The notes under the pieces: model-generated | What the model saw: only the letters and a program-made list of their open reading frames with translations | Database searches by the model: none | Told to the model about the DNA's origin: nothing | Assembly (NCBI GenBank): GCA_965214405.1 | Contig: OZ243956.1 | Span: 2,912,001-2,976,000, forward strand | Direction: 5' to 3' | Length of the DNA: 64,000 nt | Source of the DNA: Trueperaceae bacterium | GTDB lineage: Bacteria > Deinococcota > Deinococci > Deinococcales > Trueperaceae | Shown: one piece after another, positions 53,122-61,829 of the stretch | How the letters are laid out: each line of letters starts with the position of its first letter | How positions within the stretch are numbered: the stretch's first letter is position 1 | Position numbers and translations under genes: made by a program

Positions 53122-55212
53122 ATGTGCGTTTTCCCAATCAAGCCCTCGCCCCTCTTCCTTGCCGCACTCGTTGCCCTCTGGCTGGTCGCGTGTTCACAGT
53201 CCACGCCCGCTACTGAGGCTACCGACACCACCCAACCCACCGTCCTTGCCCTCTTAGACGCGCAAACGCGCGTGGTCACGGGAGAAAGCGTCATCATCAT
53301 GGGCGCTGTGAGCGACGACGGTGGGGTGAACGGGGTTAAAGCGCTTTCTTACAGTCTTAACGAAGGCGCGCGGCAAGACGTGACAAGCAGTCTTAACGAG
53401 GGAAACTTTTCCTTTACGGTGACGGGCCTCCGAGAGGGCAAGAACGACCTGACCGTGAGCGCCGCCGACGCCGCGGGCAACGAAGGAAGCGTCACGCTTA
53501 CGGTCGAGGTCGCGCCGCCCGCCGCCGCTTTCCCCACCCTCGAGGGCGTCTGGACCGCAGCGGGCGTCGCCACGGGCATGTGCGACCAAAGGAGCTCGAG
53601 CGTTACCTTCATCTTCGACGCGCCGCAAGAGAGCGGCGCGCTCGCAGGGCTGTGGGGGATGGTGGACGACAACGGGAGCGGCCAGATGACGGGCTCGTTT
53701 GCGGGCACCTTGAGCCGCGCGGGAACGTTTAAGGGCGTCGCCACGCTCACCTACGGCGCGCGCCCGGCCAGGTTCGACCTCGCCCTCACCGTGTCGGGAG
53801 AGACGGTAAAGGGTGGTCTTGTGAGTCAAGAGGACGTCCTTTGCTGGGGCCAAAAGAGCTCTGTTTATTTCGACGTCAACCTTAAACCCTTTCAAGACGA
53901 CCCATTCGAAGCCAACGACCGCGCCGAGGACGCGGCGAGCGTCGGCTTGGACTTTAACCAGAACCTCACCTTGCGAGGGGGCGACGAGGACTGGTTTACG
54001 TTCGTGCTCCCCAAGGCGCAGATCGTCACGCTCGGGCTCGGCGCGAACGGGAGCTACTACGATGCCCCGGTCGTCGAACTTTTAGACGCGTCTTTTAAGA
54101 GCTTGACGAATAGTGACTACGGCTATTACAGAGATGAGCTGAAGCTTGGGCTCGAGGCCGGAACCTACTACCTAAGGGTCTTTTCCGGTTCCTTTAAGCA
54201 CTACACCTACAGCCTGAGCCTCAGCACCGCGACGCTACCCGACGAGGCCTTTGAACCCAACAACACCAAAGCGCAAGCCACCCCCGTCTCGCCGGGGTTC
54301 ACCGGCGACTTCTACCTCACGGTGGGTGACGAGGACTGGTTTACCTTCACCCTCGCCAAAGAGCAGGTCATCACGCTCTACTTGGGCAAAAGTAGCGGCC
54401 TTCGCTACGCCTATGACGGGGCCGCGGGAACCAGCGCCGACTATTACGGCGGGCGTCCCGTCGCCAGGGCGCTCAAGGCGGGGACGCACACCCTGCGCGT
54501 GCTTTCGGAGTCCCAGACCTCAACCGCTTACGCGCTAAGCCTCAGCGTGTCAGCGCTCCCGGACGAAGCCGTGGAGCCCAACAACACCTTTAGCACCCCC
54601 ACCAACGTCACCCTTCCCTATGCGCGCGACCTTTTTATGAGCGGGGGAGACGAAGACTGGTTCAAGTTTACGCTTAGCGAGGAGCAACTCGTCACCTTGA
54701 GCCGCACCGACGGCGGAGACTATTCGTACGGCCTCAGCGGTGTGCTCTACACCGACGTAGGGACGGAAGTAAAGCGCTTCGGCCTCAGCGCCGGAGACAC
54801 GCAGCTCGCGCTCCTGCCCGCGGGGACCTACCGCCTCAACCTCTCCGCATCGGAGGGGTTTGCCTACTCGCTCGCCCTTAGCGCGGAAAGCACCAACGAC
54901 GCCTCTTTCGAACCCAACAACACCAGCGCAAAAGCGTCCGCCGTCACGCTCGACTTTGCCAACGATAAGCTCTTGGTCGGTGACGGGGACACGGACTGGT
55001 TTAAGTTCACGCTCGCTCAGGGGACGCAAGTGGAGATTAGTCTTGCGACCACCCAAGACGTTCACGTCAGGTTGTACGACGAGAACGGACAAATCACCTC
55101 TCTTTACGGCCCCGGCACGGTCTCCCCGGTGCTCAGCCCGGGCACCTACTACCTCAGCGTAGAATCCTACTGGGGCTTAAGTAGGTACGGCCTCAGCGTG
55201 GCGAAGAAGTAA
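53122..55212 (+). CDS. Surface lipoprotein with Ig-like domain and four PPC-like repeats
   Basis: Lipobox LVAC; A.DAAGN Ig motif; four repeats D..EPN(N/D)...A ... GD.DWF.F ... GTY. Confidence 0.8.
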   Translation: MCVFPIKPSPLFLAALVALWLVACSQSTPATEATDTTQPTVLALLDAQTRVVTGESVIIMGAVSDDGGVNGVKALSYSLNEGARQDVTSSLNEGNFSFTVTGLREGKNDLTVSAADAAGNEGSVTLTVEVAPPAAAFPTLEGVWTAAGVATGMCDQRSSSVTFIFDAPQESGALAGLWGMVDDNGSGQMTGSFAGTLSRAGTFKGVATLTYGARPARFDLALTVSGETVKGGLVSQEDVLCWGQKSSVYFDVNLKPFQDDPFEANDRAEDAASVGLDFNQNLTLRGGDEDWFTFVLPKAQIVTLGLGANGSYYDAPVVELLDASFKSLTNSDYGYYRDELKLGLEAGTYYLRVFSGSFKHYTYSLSLSTATLPDEAFEPNNTKAQATPVSPGFTGDFYLTVGDEDWFTFTLAKEQVITLYLGKSSGLRYAYDGAAGTSADYYGGRPVARALKAGTHTLRVLSESQTSTAYALSLSVSALPDEAVEPNNTFSTPTNVTLPYARDLFMSGGDEDWFKFTLSEEQLVTLSRTDGGDYSYGLSGVLYTDVGTEVKRFGLSAGDTQLALLPAGTYRLNLSASEGFAYSLALSAESTNDASFEPNNTSAKASAVTLDFANDKLLVGDGDTDWFKFTLAQGTQVEISLATTQDVHVRLYDENGQITSLYGPGTVSPVLSPGTYYLSVESYWGLSRYGLSVAKK

Positions 55213-55240
55213 AAGAGCACCGCAGACTTACCCAATCAGG

Positions 55241-55264
55241 AGCCCTCGAGACCTCTCGAGGGCT
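55241..55264 (+). terminator. Hairpin built from two CTCGAG palindromes
   Basis: AGCCCTCGAG-ACCT-CTCGAGGGCT then TT. Confidence 0.6.
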
Positions 55265-55598
55265 TTAAGGTTGGCGTCGGCGCGCGCTTCTATTTTGTAA
55301 ACTTTGGCTTTGTGAGCACCAGGCTGTGTTGACGTTCTTTATTGCTCAACCCCGGAACGCTGATAAGCCTCCGCGCTCCATAGCCTTTTATTCCTGACTT
55401 CTTAACTCTCGCTTCTCACGTGCAGCGCGGCAACCCTCATAGTGGAAGTGAAAAGTCTACAAAACCCGTTTTCATCATGAAACCGCGAAGGTGGAAAGCC
55501 TCACCTCAAAACTGCCTCCCCTGTCCATCCTTTGCGCTCACACTCCGGTTTCTTCCTAGGTAACCCGTCGTATGATGGAACGCCACAGGAGGTTGATG

Positions 55599-56576
55599 AT
55601 GACAACACCCCAAACCGAAGTTCAAACCGGAGCAAAAAAGGCCCCCGCCAGCACCTCGGCGCTCGAGGCAGGTTACATCTGGTTCGACGGCGAGCTTGTG
55701 CCCGAGGCCGAGGCGACCGTGTCGGTGCTTACCCACGCGCTCCACTACGGTACGAGCGTCTTTGAGGGAATTCGCGCATATGAAACAGACCGGGGGGCCG
55801 CCGTCTTCAGGCTCCCGGAACATAGCCAGCGCCTGCTCGAGTCGGCCAAGATTATAGGAATGCCCACGACGCTCTCCGCAGACGAGATTAGTGACGCTAT
55901 TGTAAAAACTATCCGCAAAAACGAGCGCAAAAGCTGCTACATCCGCCCGCTCATGTGGTACGGCGCGGAGTCCTTGGGCGTCAACCCCGGCAACAACCGG
56001 GTGCATTTCATGGTGGCGACGCTGCCCTGGGGGGTCTATCTGGGCGAGGAGGTGATCGAGAAGGGGGCCAAGCTCATGACCTCCTCGTGGCGCAGGAGCC
56101 CCGGCGACGTGATGCCGACGAAGTCCAAGGCGGGCGGCAACTACGTCAACTCGGTATTAGCCAACACCGAAGCGCGGCAAAATGGCTTTGACGAGGCGCT
56201 GCTCCTGGACAAAGAAGGCTTCGTCGCCGAGGGCTCGGGCGAGAACATCTTTTTTATGCGTGACGGCGTGCTCCACCCCGTCGCGCACTCCATAAACCTA
56301 CGCGGCATCACCCGCGACTCGGTCATCAAAATCGCGCAGTGGCTGAGCACCCCCGTCGAGCCGACGATGGCGACGCGCGACGAGCTCTATACCGCCGACG
56401 AGGTCTTTATGGTGGGCACCGCCGCTGAGGTCACGTCCGTCACCTCGATTGACCGCCGCCCGATTGGCTCGGGCGTGGTGGGTCCGTACGCGCTAAAGAT
56501 GCGCGAAACCTACCTCGCGGTCGTGTCGGGCAAGGTGCCCGAGTTTGAGGGGTGGCTGCGCTACGTGAATGAGTAG
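55599..56576 (+). CDS. ilvE: Branched-chain amino acid aminotransferase
   Basis: HALHYGTSVFEG, YIRP, KAGGNYVNS, EGSGENIF, GITR, GTAAEV; AGGAGG RBS. Confidence 0.95.
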   Translation: MTTPQTEVQTGAKKAPASTSALEAGYIWFDGELVPEAEATVSVLTHALHYGTSVFEGIRAYETDRGAAVFRLPEHSQRLLESAKIIGMPTTLSADEISDAIVKTIRKNERKSCYIRPLMWYGAESLGVNPGNNRVHFMVATLPWGVYLGEEVIEKGAKLMTSSWRRSPGDVMPTKSKAGGNYVNSVLANTEARQNGFDEALLLDKEGFVAEGSGENIFFMRDGVLHPVAHSINLRGITRDSVIKIAQWLSTPVEPTMATRDELYTADEVFMVGTAAEVTSVTSIDRRPIGSGVVGPYALKMRETYLAVVSGKVPEFEGWLRYVNE

Positions 56577-56721
56577 AGCTCAGTTGGCGCACCGTCCGCC
56601 TGGCGCTTTGGTTTTAAGGGGGTGAAAAGCTCGAGGTAGTCATCTTGCTCGAGCTCTTTACCCGTTAGAGCGGTGTTTCAAACACCTGTGTTCATTCTCC
56701 CAAAGGTTATCTCATCAACAG

Positions 56722-57067
56722 TGCAAGCTGACATCCGGACGAAATTCAATCAGGATCGTTTAGCATAAGCAATTCTCCGGCAAGTCCGAAAGCGGTTAGC
56801 TTCTCCCCCTCAGAAACGCTCTTTAGAGGATGCAAAAAGCCTTATGCAAACTTTTGTCCGGGTACGGGTGCAAGCTGACAACCGGACGAAATTCACTGCT
56901 GGTGAATAAAGGTTTGCCTGACGTGATAAAACTCGAGCCCCCAAAGTCTTACTTCGTGCCGAAAGCAGTAAGAAAGGTCGAGTAGAAGGGCACTTCCGGT
57001 GGAGCTGGGGTTATTTCGGGTGTCACAGAAGCGTATATACAGACTTTTGTCCGGTCAACAGTGCAAG
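56722..57067. repeat. Two tandem MITE-like units bounded by imperfect inverted repeats and separated by TGCAAG
   Basis: TGCAAG at 56722, 56869, 57062; unit ends CTGACAWCCGGACGAAATTCA ... ACTTTTGTCCGG. Confidence 0.65.
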
Positions 57068-57070
57068 GGC

Positions 57071-57099
57071 TTGACGAATAGCGTATATGGGGGTAAACT
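57071..57099 (+). promoter_or_regulatory. Sigma70-type promoter
   Basis: TTGACG-17 nt-TAAACT. Confidence 0.65.
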
Positions 57100-57269
57100 A
57101 TTCTTTAATAGGCGCTCGAGAGAGCGCATTTTTTATTTTCCGTTGGTGGTAAAAACAGACTATCCCCTTTTGCATAACAGGCCTTACTCACCGTCCTGGT
57201 GCTTTTCTTACAGTCTCCCTCCTCTCAATTGCCTAACCTTAAAGCTGTTGCGTCCTGAAAGGAGTGCGT

Positions 57270-57440
57270 ATGAACGAAGAGCAGCGTAGAGAGTACGACA
57301 GCCTCATCCGGGGGATTATCGATCAGGCCGAAGCGATGCGAGAGCCCGACGAAGAGGAAGAAATGCTCTATGACAAAGTGAACGACCTCCAGAGCAAGCT
57401 CGACGAGTTGGGCGAACTCATTGACAGGGTGTACGCGTAA
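57270..57440 (+). CDS. 56-aa acidic coiled-coil protein (below the ORF-track cutoff)
   Basis: AAGGAG RBS; MNEEQRREYDSLIRGIIDQAEAMREPDEEEEMLYDKVNDLQSKLDELGELIDRVYA*. Confidence 0.7.
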   Translation: MNEEQRREYDSLIRGIIDQAEAMREPDEEEEMLYDKVNDLQSKLDELGELIDRVYA

Positions 57441-57525
57441 CGGAGAGCTGCTTCTCGAGTTGAAGACGCCGTTAAGCTCCCCTGTGACTGTTGTGTAGGT
57501 ATGGCTGTGTAAGTATGATGAGCGT

Positions 57526-58260
57526 ATGATTAAGCTCGAGCTCCGCTACGAAGGCAAGGCCAAACGGGTCTACGCCACGGACGATTCTGAAGCGTACATC
57601 GTCGAGTATAAAGACAAGGCCACCGCCTTTAACGCGCAGAAGCGCGGGGAAATCGCGGGCAAGGGCGCGGTGAATAACGCCGTCACGGCCAAGATTTTCG
57701 AGATGCTGGAGGCCGAGGGTGTCCCAACGCATTTTTTGGGGACCCTAAGCGAACGCGAGCAGCTTGTGCGGGCGGCTGACATTATTCCTGTAGAGGTGGT
57801 GGTGCGCAACCTTGCGGCGGGTTCATTTTCCAAGCGCTACGGGGTAGAGGAGGGGCGTGTGCTCGAGCCTTTTATCATCGAGTGGTGTTACAAAAGCGAT
57901 ACGCTCGGTGACCCGCCCATGAACGACGCCACCGCGGTGGCGCTCTCGTTTGCGAGCGAGCGCGAGTTAGAAACGTTGCGCACCCTCGCCACGCGCGTCA
58001 ATACGCTTCTTAAACCCTATTTCAGAAAGCGCGGGCTCGTTTTGGTGGATTTCAAGCTCGAGTTCGGCCGCCTGCCCTCCGGCGAGATTGTCTTGGCCGA
58101 CGAGATAAGCCCCGACACCTGCCGTTTGTGGGACGCTTCTACGGGCGACAAGCTCGACAAAGACCGTTTCCGCCGCGACTTGGGCGGCGTTGAAGAAGCC
58201 TACCAAGAGGTGCTGCGCCGGGTCACGTCCGAACCGCAACGAGGAAGTATAGATGCCTGA
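57526..58260 (+). CDS. purC: SAICAR synthetase
   Basis: [55 protein letters not shown]. Confidence 0.97.
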   Translation: MIKLELRYEGKAKRVYATDDSEAYIVEYKDKATAFNAQKRGEIAGKGAVNNAVTAKIFEMLEAEGVPTHFLGTLSEREQLVRAADIIPVEVVVRNLAAGSFSKRYGVEEGRVLEPFIIEWCYKSDTLGDPPMNDATAVALSFASERELETLRTLATRVNTLLKPYFRKRGLVLVDFKLEFGRLPSGEIVLADEISPDTCRLWDASTGDKLDKDRFRRDLGGVEEAYQEVLRRVTSEPQRGSIDA

Positions 58261-58504
58261 CTTTCGTGCGGAGGTGTACGTAACCCTCAAACGCTCCATC
58301 CTGGACCCGCAGGGGCGCACAGTGGAGGGGATGCTCGAGCGCTTAGGTCACACCAATGTAGCCAACGTGCGGGTGGGCAAGTATATTGAACTCGCCTTTT
58401 CGGGCGAACGAAGCGAGGTGGAGGCGCAGGTGCAGGAAATGGCGCGCGCCATTCTGAGCAATCCGGTGATGGAAGATGTGAGGGTGGTGCTCGAGGCGGT
58501 GTAA
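58253..58504 (+). CDS. purS: FGAM synthase subunit PurS
   Basis: [23 protein letters not shown]. Confidence 0.95.
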   Translation: MPDFRAEVYVTLKRSILDPQGRTVEGMLERLGHTNVANVRVGKYIELAFSGERSEVEAQVQEMARAILSNPVMEDVRVVLEAV

Positions 58505-58649
58505 ACACTCTTACCGCTTGTGAAGATGGTAGTACGCCCTAAGCCGCGCCTTGGGGATGAAAAAGAGGCTTCGGAGCGCAAGCCCCTTTCGCTGTGAAAT
58601 TTATGGTCATAAAAATAGAAAAGCGACCATAATCGTGTTACTGTAAAGT

Positions 58650-58916
58650 ATGAAATACGCCGTTTCCGAATTGAAAGCTCACTTGACCCAGGCGCTTCGT
58701 GAGGTCGAAGAGGGAAAAACTATCGAGGTTACGCGCCACGGCAAAAGTGTGGCGGTACTCATCGCTAAAGACGATTATGAGGACCTTACCTCCGTGCGCC
58801 CAAGCTTCACGCTCAGCGTACGCACCCTGCGGGAGTCTTCTCAGTTCACGCCTCTGGACGAAGACGACCTTGCTGGTCTGCGCGACAAGGGTGCAGGTCG
58901 AGAGGTCGATTTCTGA
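58650..58916 (+). CDS. Phd/YefM antitoxin
   Basis: SELKAHL..L..VEEG..I.VTRHGK.VAVL. Confidence 0.9.
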   Translation: MKYAVSELKAHLTQALREVEEGKTIEVTRHGKSVAVLIAKDDYEDLTSVRPSFTLSVRTLRESSQFTPLDEDDLAGLRDKGAGREVDF

Positions 58917-59323
58917 CCTATCTGCTAGATACCAACATCCTCTCCGAGCTTGTGCGTCCGCAACCAAATAAAGCCGTGCAAAACAAAGTGCAGACGTTCG
59001 AAAGAAAGTGCGCGGTCGCTACGCCTGTCTGGCACGAATTTCTTTACGGTTCTCACCGCATGGCTGAGGGTGCGAAGAAAAGGACTTTGGAGCACTACCT
59101 TTTTGAAAACGTCGACCTGCTCCCCAAGCTGGCCTATGATGACAAAGCCGCGAGGTGGCAGGCGGGAGAGCGCGCCAGACTCGAGCGCCTTGGGCAGCCC
59201 ACAAGTTTTGTCGATGGTCAAATCGCCGCCATCGCCGCGACCAACGGTCTAAGCCTGGTCACGCGCAACGTCCGGGACTTTGAACATTTTGAGGGCTTAG
59301 AGATTCAAAACTGGTTTGCGTAG
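58913..59323 (+). CDS. vapC: VapC PIN toxin, probable CTG start
   Basis: LTYLLDTNILSEL..P upstream of the ORF-track start; E...G, DGQIAAIA, LVTRN..DF. Confidence 0.88.
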   Translation: MTYLLDTNILSELVRPQPNKAVQNKVQTFERKCAVATPVWHEFLYGSHRMAEGAKKRTLEHYLFENVDLLPKLAYDDKAARWQAGERARLERLGQPTSFVDGQIAAIAATNGLSLVTRNVRDFEHFEGLEIQNWFA

Positions 59324-59393
59324 GCTCGAGCCGCGCCTTGGGGATGAAGGAGAGGCGTTGGGGCTCGAGCCAAGAAAAAGAGGACGACACGCT

Positions 59394-59816
59394 TTATGCA
59401 GTTCGACCTCGCGGCACCATCTCGAAGCCCGCTTGTCTAAAGTGTTTATCAAAAGTCAGGGCCGCCATGATAGTTTGCTCTGTCATCACGACGAAGGAAA
59501 TGCAGTCGGTAAACGAATATCTCTTGTCTTGATGTTCCCGAAAGTACCACCAGCCTTTTTGAAAAAGTGCATCGTCCACTTGCAGCACATGAACAGCAGG
59601 GCTCTGTAACAGTCTTTGCCCTACCTCGACAGCTTTGGCATGATGGTTGCGGCTGTTGAAGAAAGTTGCGATTTCGTCAAATACGTAAGAGCTGGTGATA
59701 AGAGGAGGTAAAGCCGCACTAAAGCTTTGCCAGTGAGAGAGGGCGGCACGGTGGTTCTGGTCGTTGGCAAGTTCTAGCGCAAGCACGTAACCAGTGTCCA
59801 GAAAAACGGGATTCAT
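59394..59816 (-). CDS. vapC: VapC PIN toxin
   Basis: VFLDT, D.NH, E, SFTDCISF.VM, TFD.HF...GF. Confidence 0.9.
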   Translation of the reverse strand: MNPVFLDTGYVLALELANDQNHRAALSHWQSFSAALPPLITSSYVFDEIATFFNSRNHHAKAVEVGQRLLQSPAVHVLQVDDALFQKGWWYFREHQDKRYSFTDCISFVVMTEQTIMAALTFDKHFRQAGFEMVPRGRTA

Positions 59817-60016
59817 GGGTACAGATAGGCGTCATGGTTTTCTGAAGCGTCCGTTGCGTCGTCCTCGAGAGGCTGCGTACCAAGCTGAAGGATGGGGTCG
59901 GCGCGAAGCGGGACGACGAGAATACCGTCTTCTTGTCTGCGAATTTCAACCGCCTCGACCCCCTCGAGCCAAGCTTTGGGGATGACGACGCCGTCTTTGG
60001 TGACTCGAGCTTTCAT
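59813..60016 (-). CDS. AbrB-like antitoxin
   Basis: MKARVTKDGVVIPK..L....VEI; acidic C-terminus; ATGA overlap with toxin. Confidence 0.75.
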   Translation of the reverse strand: MKARVTKDGVVIPKAWLEGVEAVEIRRQEDGILVVPLRADPILQLGTQPLEDDATDASENHDAYLYP

Positions 60017-60101
60017 ACCGTCATCATACTGCGTTTACTGGCGAAGTGGGGACTCGAGCCGCGCCTTGGGGATGAAAAAGAGGCTTTGGGGCTTAGGGCG
60101 T

Positions 60102-60446
60102 TCAGTATTCGATAACAACTGCAAGCGCAGCAACAATTTTCTCTTGAATGTCAACCTCACCCAGTTTTTTGACAAATCTCTGCAAAGAAACCGAGCGTGT
60201 CTGCAAAGTGTCTGCCGATGACGGTTTGCTGAGACCGTTCCTTTGGCTGGGTGTAATTTGAACATGCCAAACTTTGCCTTGAAAGCCGGGATTCCAAGCT
60301 GTCACAGGTACGACAAGTTTAACGGCCAAAGCCCCTAAACCGTCCGAACTGACAACAACGCCGGGACGCCGTTTTTTAAGTTCGTCGCCTCTGGTTGGGT
60401 CTAAGTCTATGAGCCAGATGTCACCGCGTTTGGGTGAGGGGGTCAT
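60102..60446 (-). CDS. PemK/MazF family toxin
   Basis: RGDIWLIDLDPTRGDE.KK.RP.VVVS, VVPVT, NGL.K.S.A...Q.RSV...R. Confidence 0.92.
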   Translation of the reverse strand: MTPSPKRGDIWLIDLDPTRGDELKKRRPGVVVSSDGLGALAVKLVVPVTAWNPGFQGKVWHVQITPSQRNGLSKPSSADTLQTRSVSLQRFVKKLGEVDIQEKIVAALAVVIEY

Positions 60447-60606
60447 GCCTTGGCTCATCCTCCACGTAGCCCTCCGTCCACTCGAGCAGTTCGCTACCGG
60501 AGGCGTACAAATGGGCAACCTCTTCGGCTTGTTCAGTAAGCAGTTTTCGCCGCTGCGCTTTGGGAAGTTTGAGGAATTCTACGGGATTGGCGGGGTCTAT
60601 GTTCAT
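60421..60606 (-). CDS. Putative antitoxin of the PemK/MazF toxin
   Basis: Small acidic ORF upstream of and overlapping the toxin; FLKLP..QRR.LL..QA. Confidence 0.7.
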   Translation of the reverse strand: MNIDPANPVEFLKLPKAQRRKLLTEQAEEVAHLYASGSELLEWTEGYVEDEPRHDPLTQTR

Positions 60607-60657
60607 GGAGTGAGTTTAGCACGCCTTAAGCCGCGCCTTGGGGATAACAAAGAGGCT

Positions 60658-60981
60658 TCAGGGCTCGAGCTTTATTTGGGTATAGCTTGCGGGTCGAACG
60701 GCCTCGAGCGCCGCAGAGATGACATCAAGCTTGGTCTGTATTTTGGGCCAACTGGTGGTCATCAGCACGGTTATAGCGATGGTTCTTTTTGCTAGGTTCT
60801 GCTGATAGCGCAAGTTTTGGTCGGTTGTTATCAGCACATCAAAGGTAGCTTTCTCAGCCGCTTCGGTAAGTTCACCATTGTTTAGTTCGTTCCAGCCCAA
60901 CCCAAACGCCGTAGAAATCTCGTGCCCAGGTAGATGCTTTCGTAGAGGCGCAGGTACACCCTGGTCAAACAAAATCTTCAC
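60658..60981 (-). CDS. PIN-like toxin (DUF5615/VapC45-like)
   Basis: MKILFDQGVP, GW..L.NGEL, FDVLITTDQNLRYQQNL. Confidence 0.85.
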   Translation of the reverse strand: MKILFDQGVPAPLRKHLPGHEISTAFGLGWNELNNGELTEAAEKATFDVLITTDQNLRYQQNLAKRTIAITVLMTTSWPKIQTKLDVISAALEAVRPASYTQIKLEP

Positions 60982-60984
60982 CTC

Positions 60985-61215
60985 TTAGGCAGCTTCTAAA
61001 CTGCGGCTGGTGTGCTCCAGAACGGCGTCTACTTGTGCTTTGGTCACGCCGGGAAACCACGCCAAAAAATCCTCCACGCTCGCGCCGTCTTCAATGTTTT
61101 CGAAAAGGGCTTTGACGGGTACGCGCGAACCCTTGAAGACCCAGGCACCGTTGAGCTTTTCCGGATGACGTTCAACCGCAGGGCAGCTTGACCACTCGAG
61201 CATCGCTTTACCCAC
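60985..61215 (-). CDS. DUF433 antitoxin (VapB45-like)
   Basis: P....GAWVFKGSRVPV..LFE....G.S...FL..FP.V. Confidence 0.88.
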   Translation of the reverse strand: MGKAMLEWSSCPAVERHPEKLNGAWVFKGSRVPVKALFENIEDGASVEDFLAWFPGVTKAQVDAVLEHTSRSLEAA

Positions 61216-61375
61216 TTTCCCTTAAACTACTCGCCCTTACCTCTTGTGAAGATAGTAGCACGCCCTAAGCCGCGTCTTGGGGATGAAAAAGAGGCTAGGC
61301 TTTAGGGCTCGAGCCTCCACCACTTAAAGCAGGACGCTCCCGACGGCTACCCGCTTGTAGTAAACTGGTATTTAC

Positions 61376-61618
61376 GTGAGCCCCACCGTCTTGCGACACG
61401 GACCCTACCGCTTTTTCTTCTTTTCCCGCGAAGAAGCGCGAATGCACGTTCACGTTCGCAGTGCAGAAGGAGAAGCTAAGTTTTGGTTAGAGCCGATGGT
61501 GGCTCTTGCAGACCACACAGGATTCAATAAGAAGCAGCTTAGAGAGCTTCAAGAACTCGTTGAAGGGAACGAAAATGTCATCCGCGATGCTTGGAAAAAA
61601 CACTTTGGAGATTCTTGA
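61376..61618 (+). CDS. DUF4160 family protein (putative TA toxin)
   Basis: PTVLR..PYRFFFFS.E..RMHVHV....EAKFWL, W..HF. Confidence 0.85.
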   Translation: MSPTVLRHGPYRFFFFSREEARMHVHVRSAEGEAKFWLEPMVALADHTGFNKKQLRELQELVEGNENVIRDAWKKHFGDS

Positions 61619-61829
61619 CGTAAGCCAGCATGGTGTATGGCTTTATTGGAACGCTCAAGAACATTTTTTATCCTATGAGCACTTTCCTTGGTTCAAAGAG
61701 GCGAAGGTCAAGGAGATTTTGAACGTCGTTGAGGAAGCGCCAGAGCATCTTTATTGGCCTGACTTGGATGTTGATTTGAGTTTGACTATGATTCGGGAGC
61801 CGGAGAAGTATCCTTTGATTGCTAAGTAG
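61575..61829 (+). CDS. DUF2442 family protein (putative TA antitoxin)
   Basis: FL.Y..FPWF..A, LYWPDLDVDL. Confidence 0.85.
   Translation: MSSAMLGKNTLEILDVSQHGVWLYWNAQEHFLSYEHFPWFKEAKVKEILNVVEEAPEHLYWPDLDVDLSLTMIREPEKYPLIAK

Larger units (their letters stand above)
58535..61315. repeat. Five direct copies of a ~50-bp hairpin repeat delimiting TA cassettes (58535-58585, 59323-59371, 60051-60100, 60622-60670, 61261-61315)
   Basis: Core AGCCGCGYCTTGGGGATRAMRRAGAGGC starting at 58542, 59329, 60057, 60629, 61268; arms GCCCTAAGCC or GGCTCGAGCC on the left and GGCTCGAGC or GGCTTAGGGC on the right. Confidence 0.92.

Noticed and set aside
52572..53257. ORFs with IQNQRL or STINTE repeats
   Set aside because: They are translations of the intergenic tandem repeat and overlap real genes; no RBS or domain.
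58535..61315. CRISPR array reading of the five repeats
   Set aside because: The intervening segments are about 520-740 bp and each holds complete genes; no cas genes in the window.
58535..61315. Canonical integron attC sites
   Set aside because: No RYYYAAC/GTTRRRY boxes and no intI in the window; kept only as an analogy.
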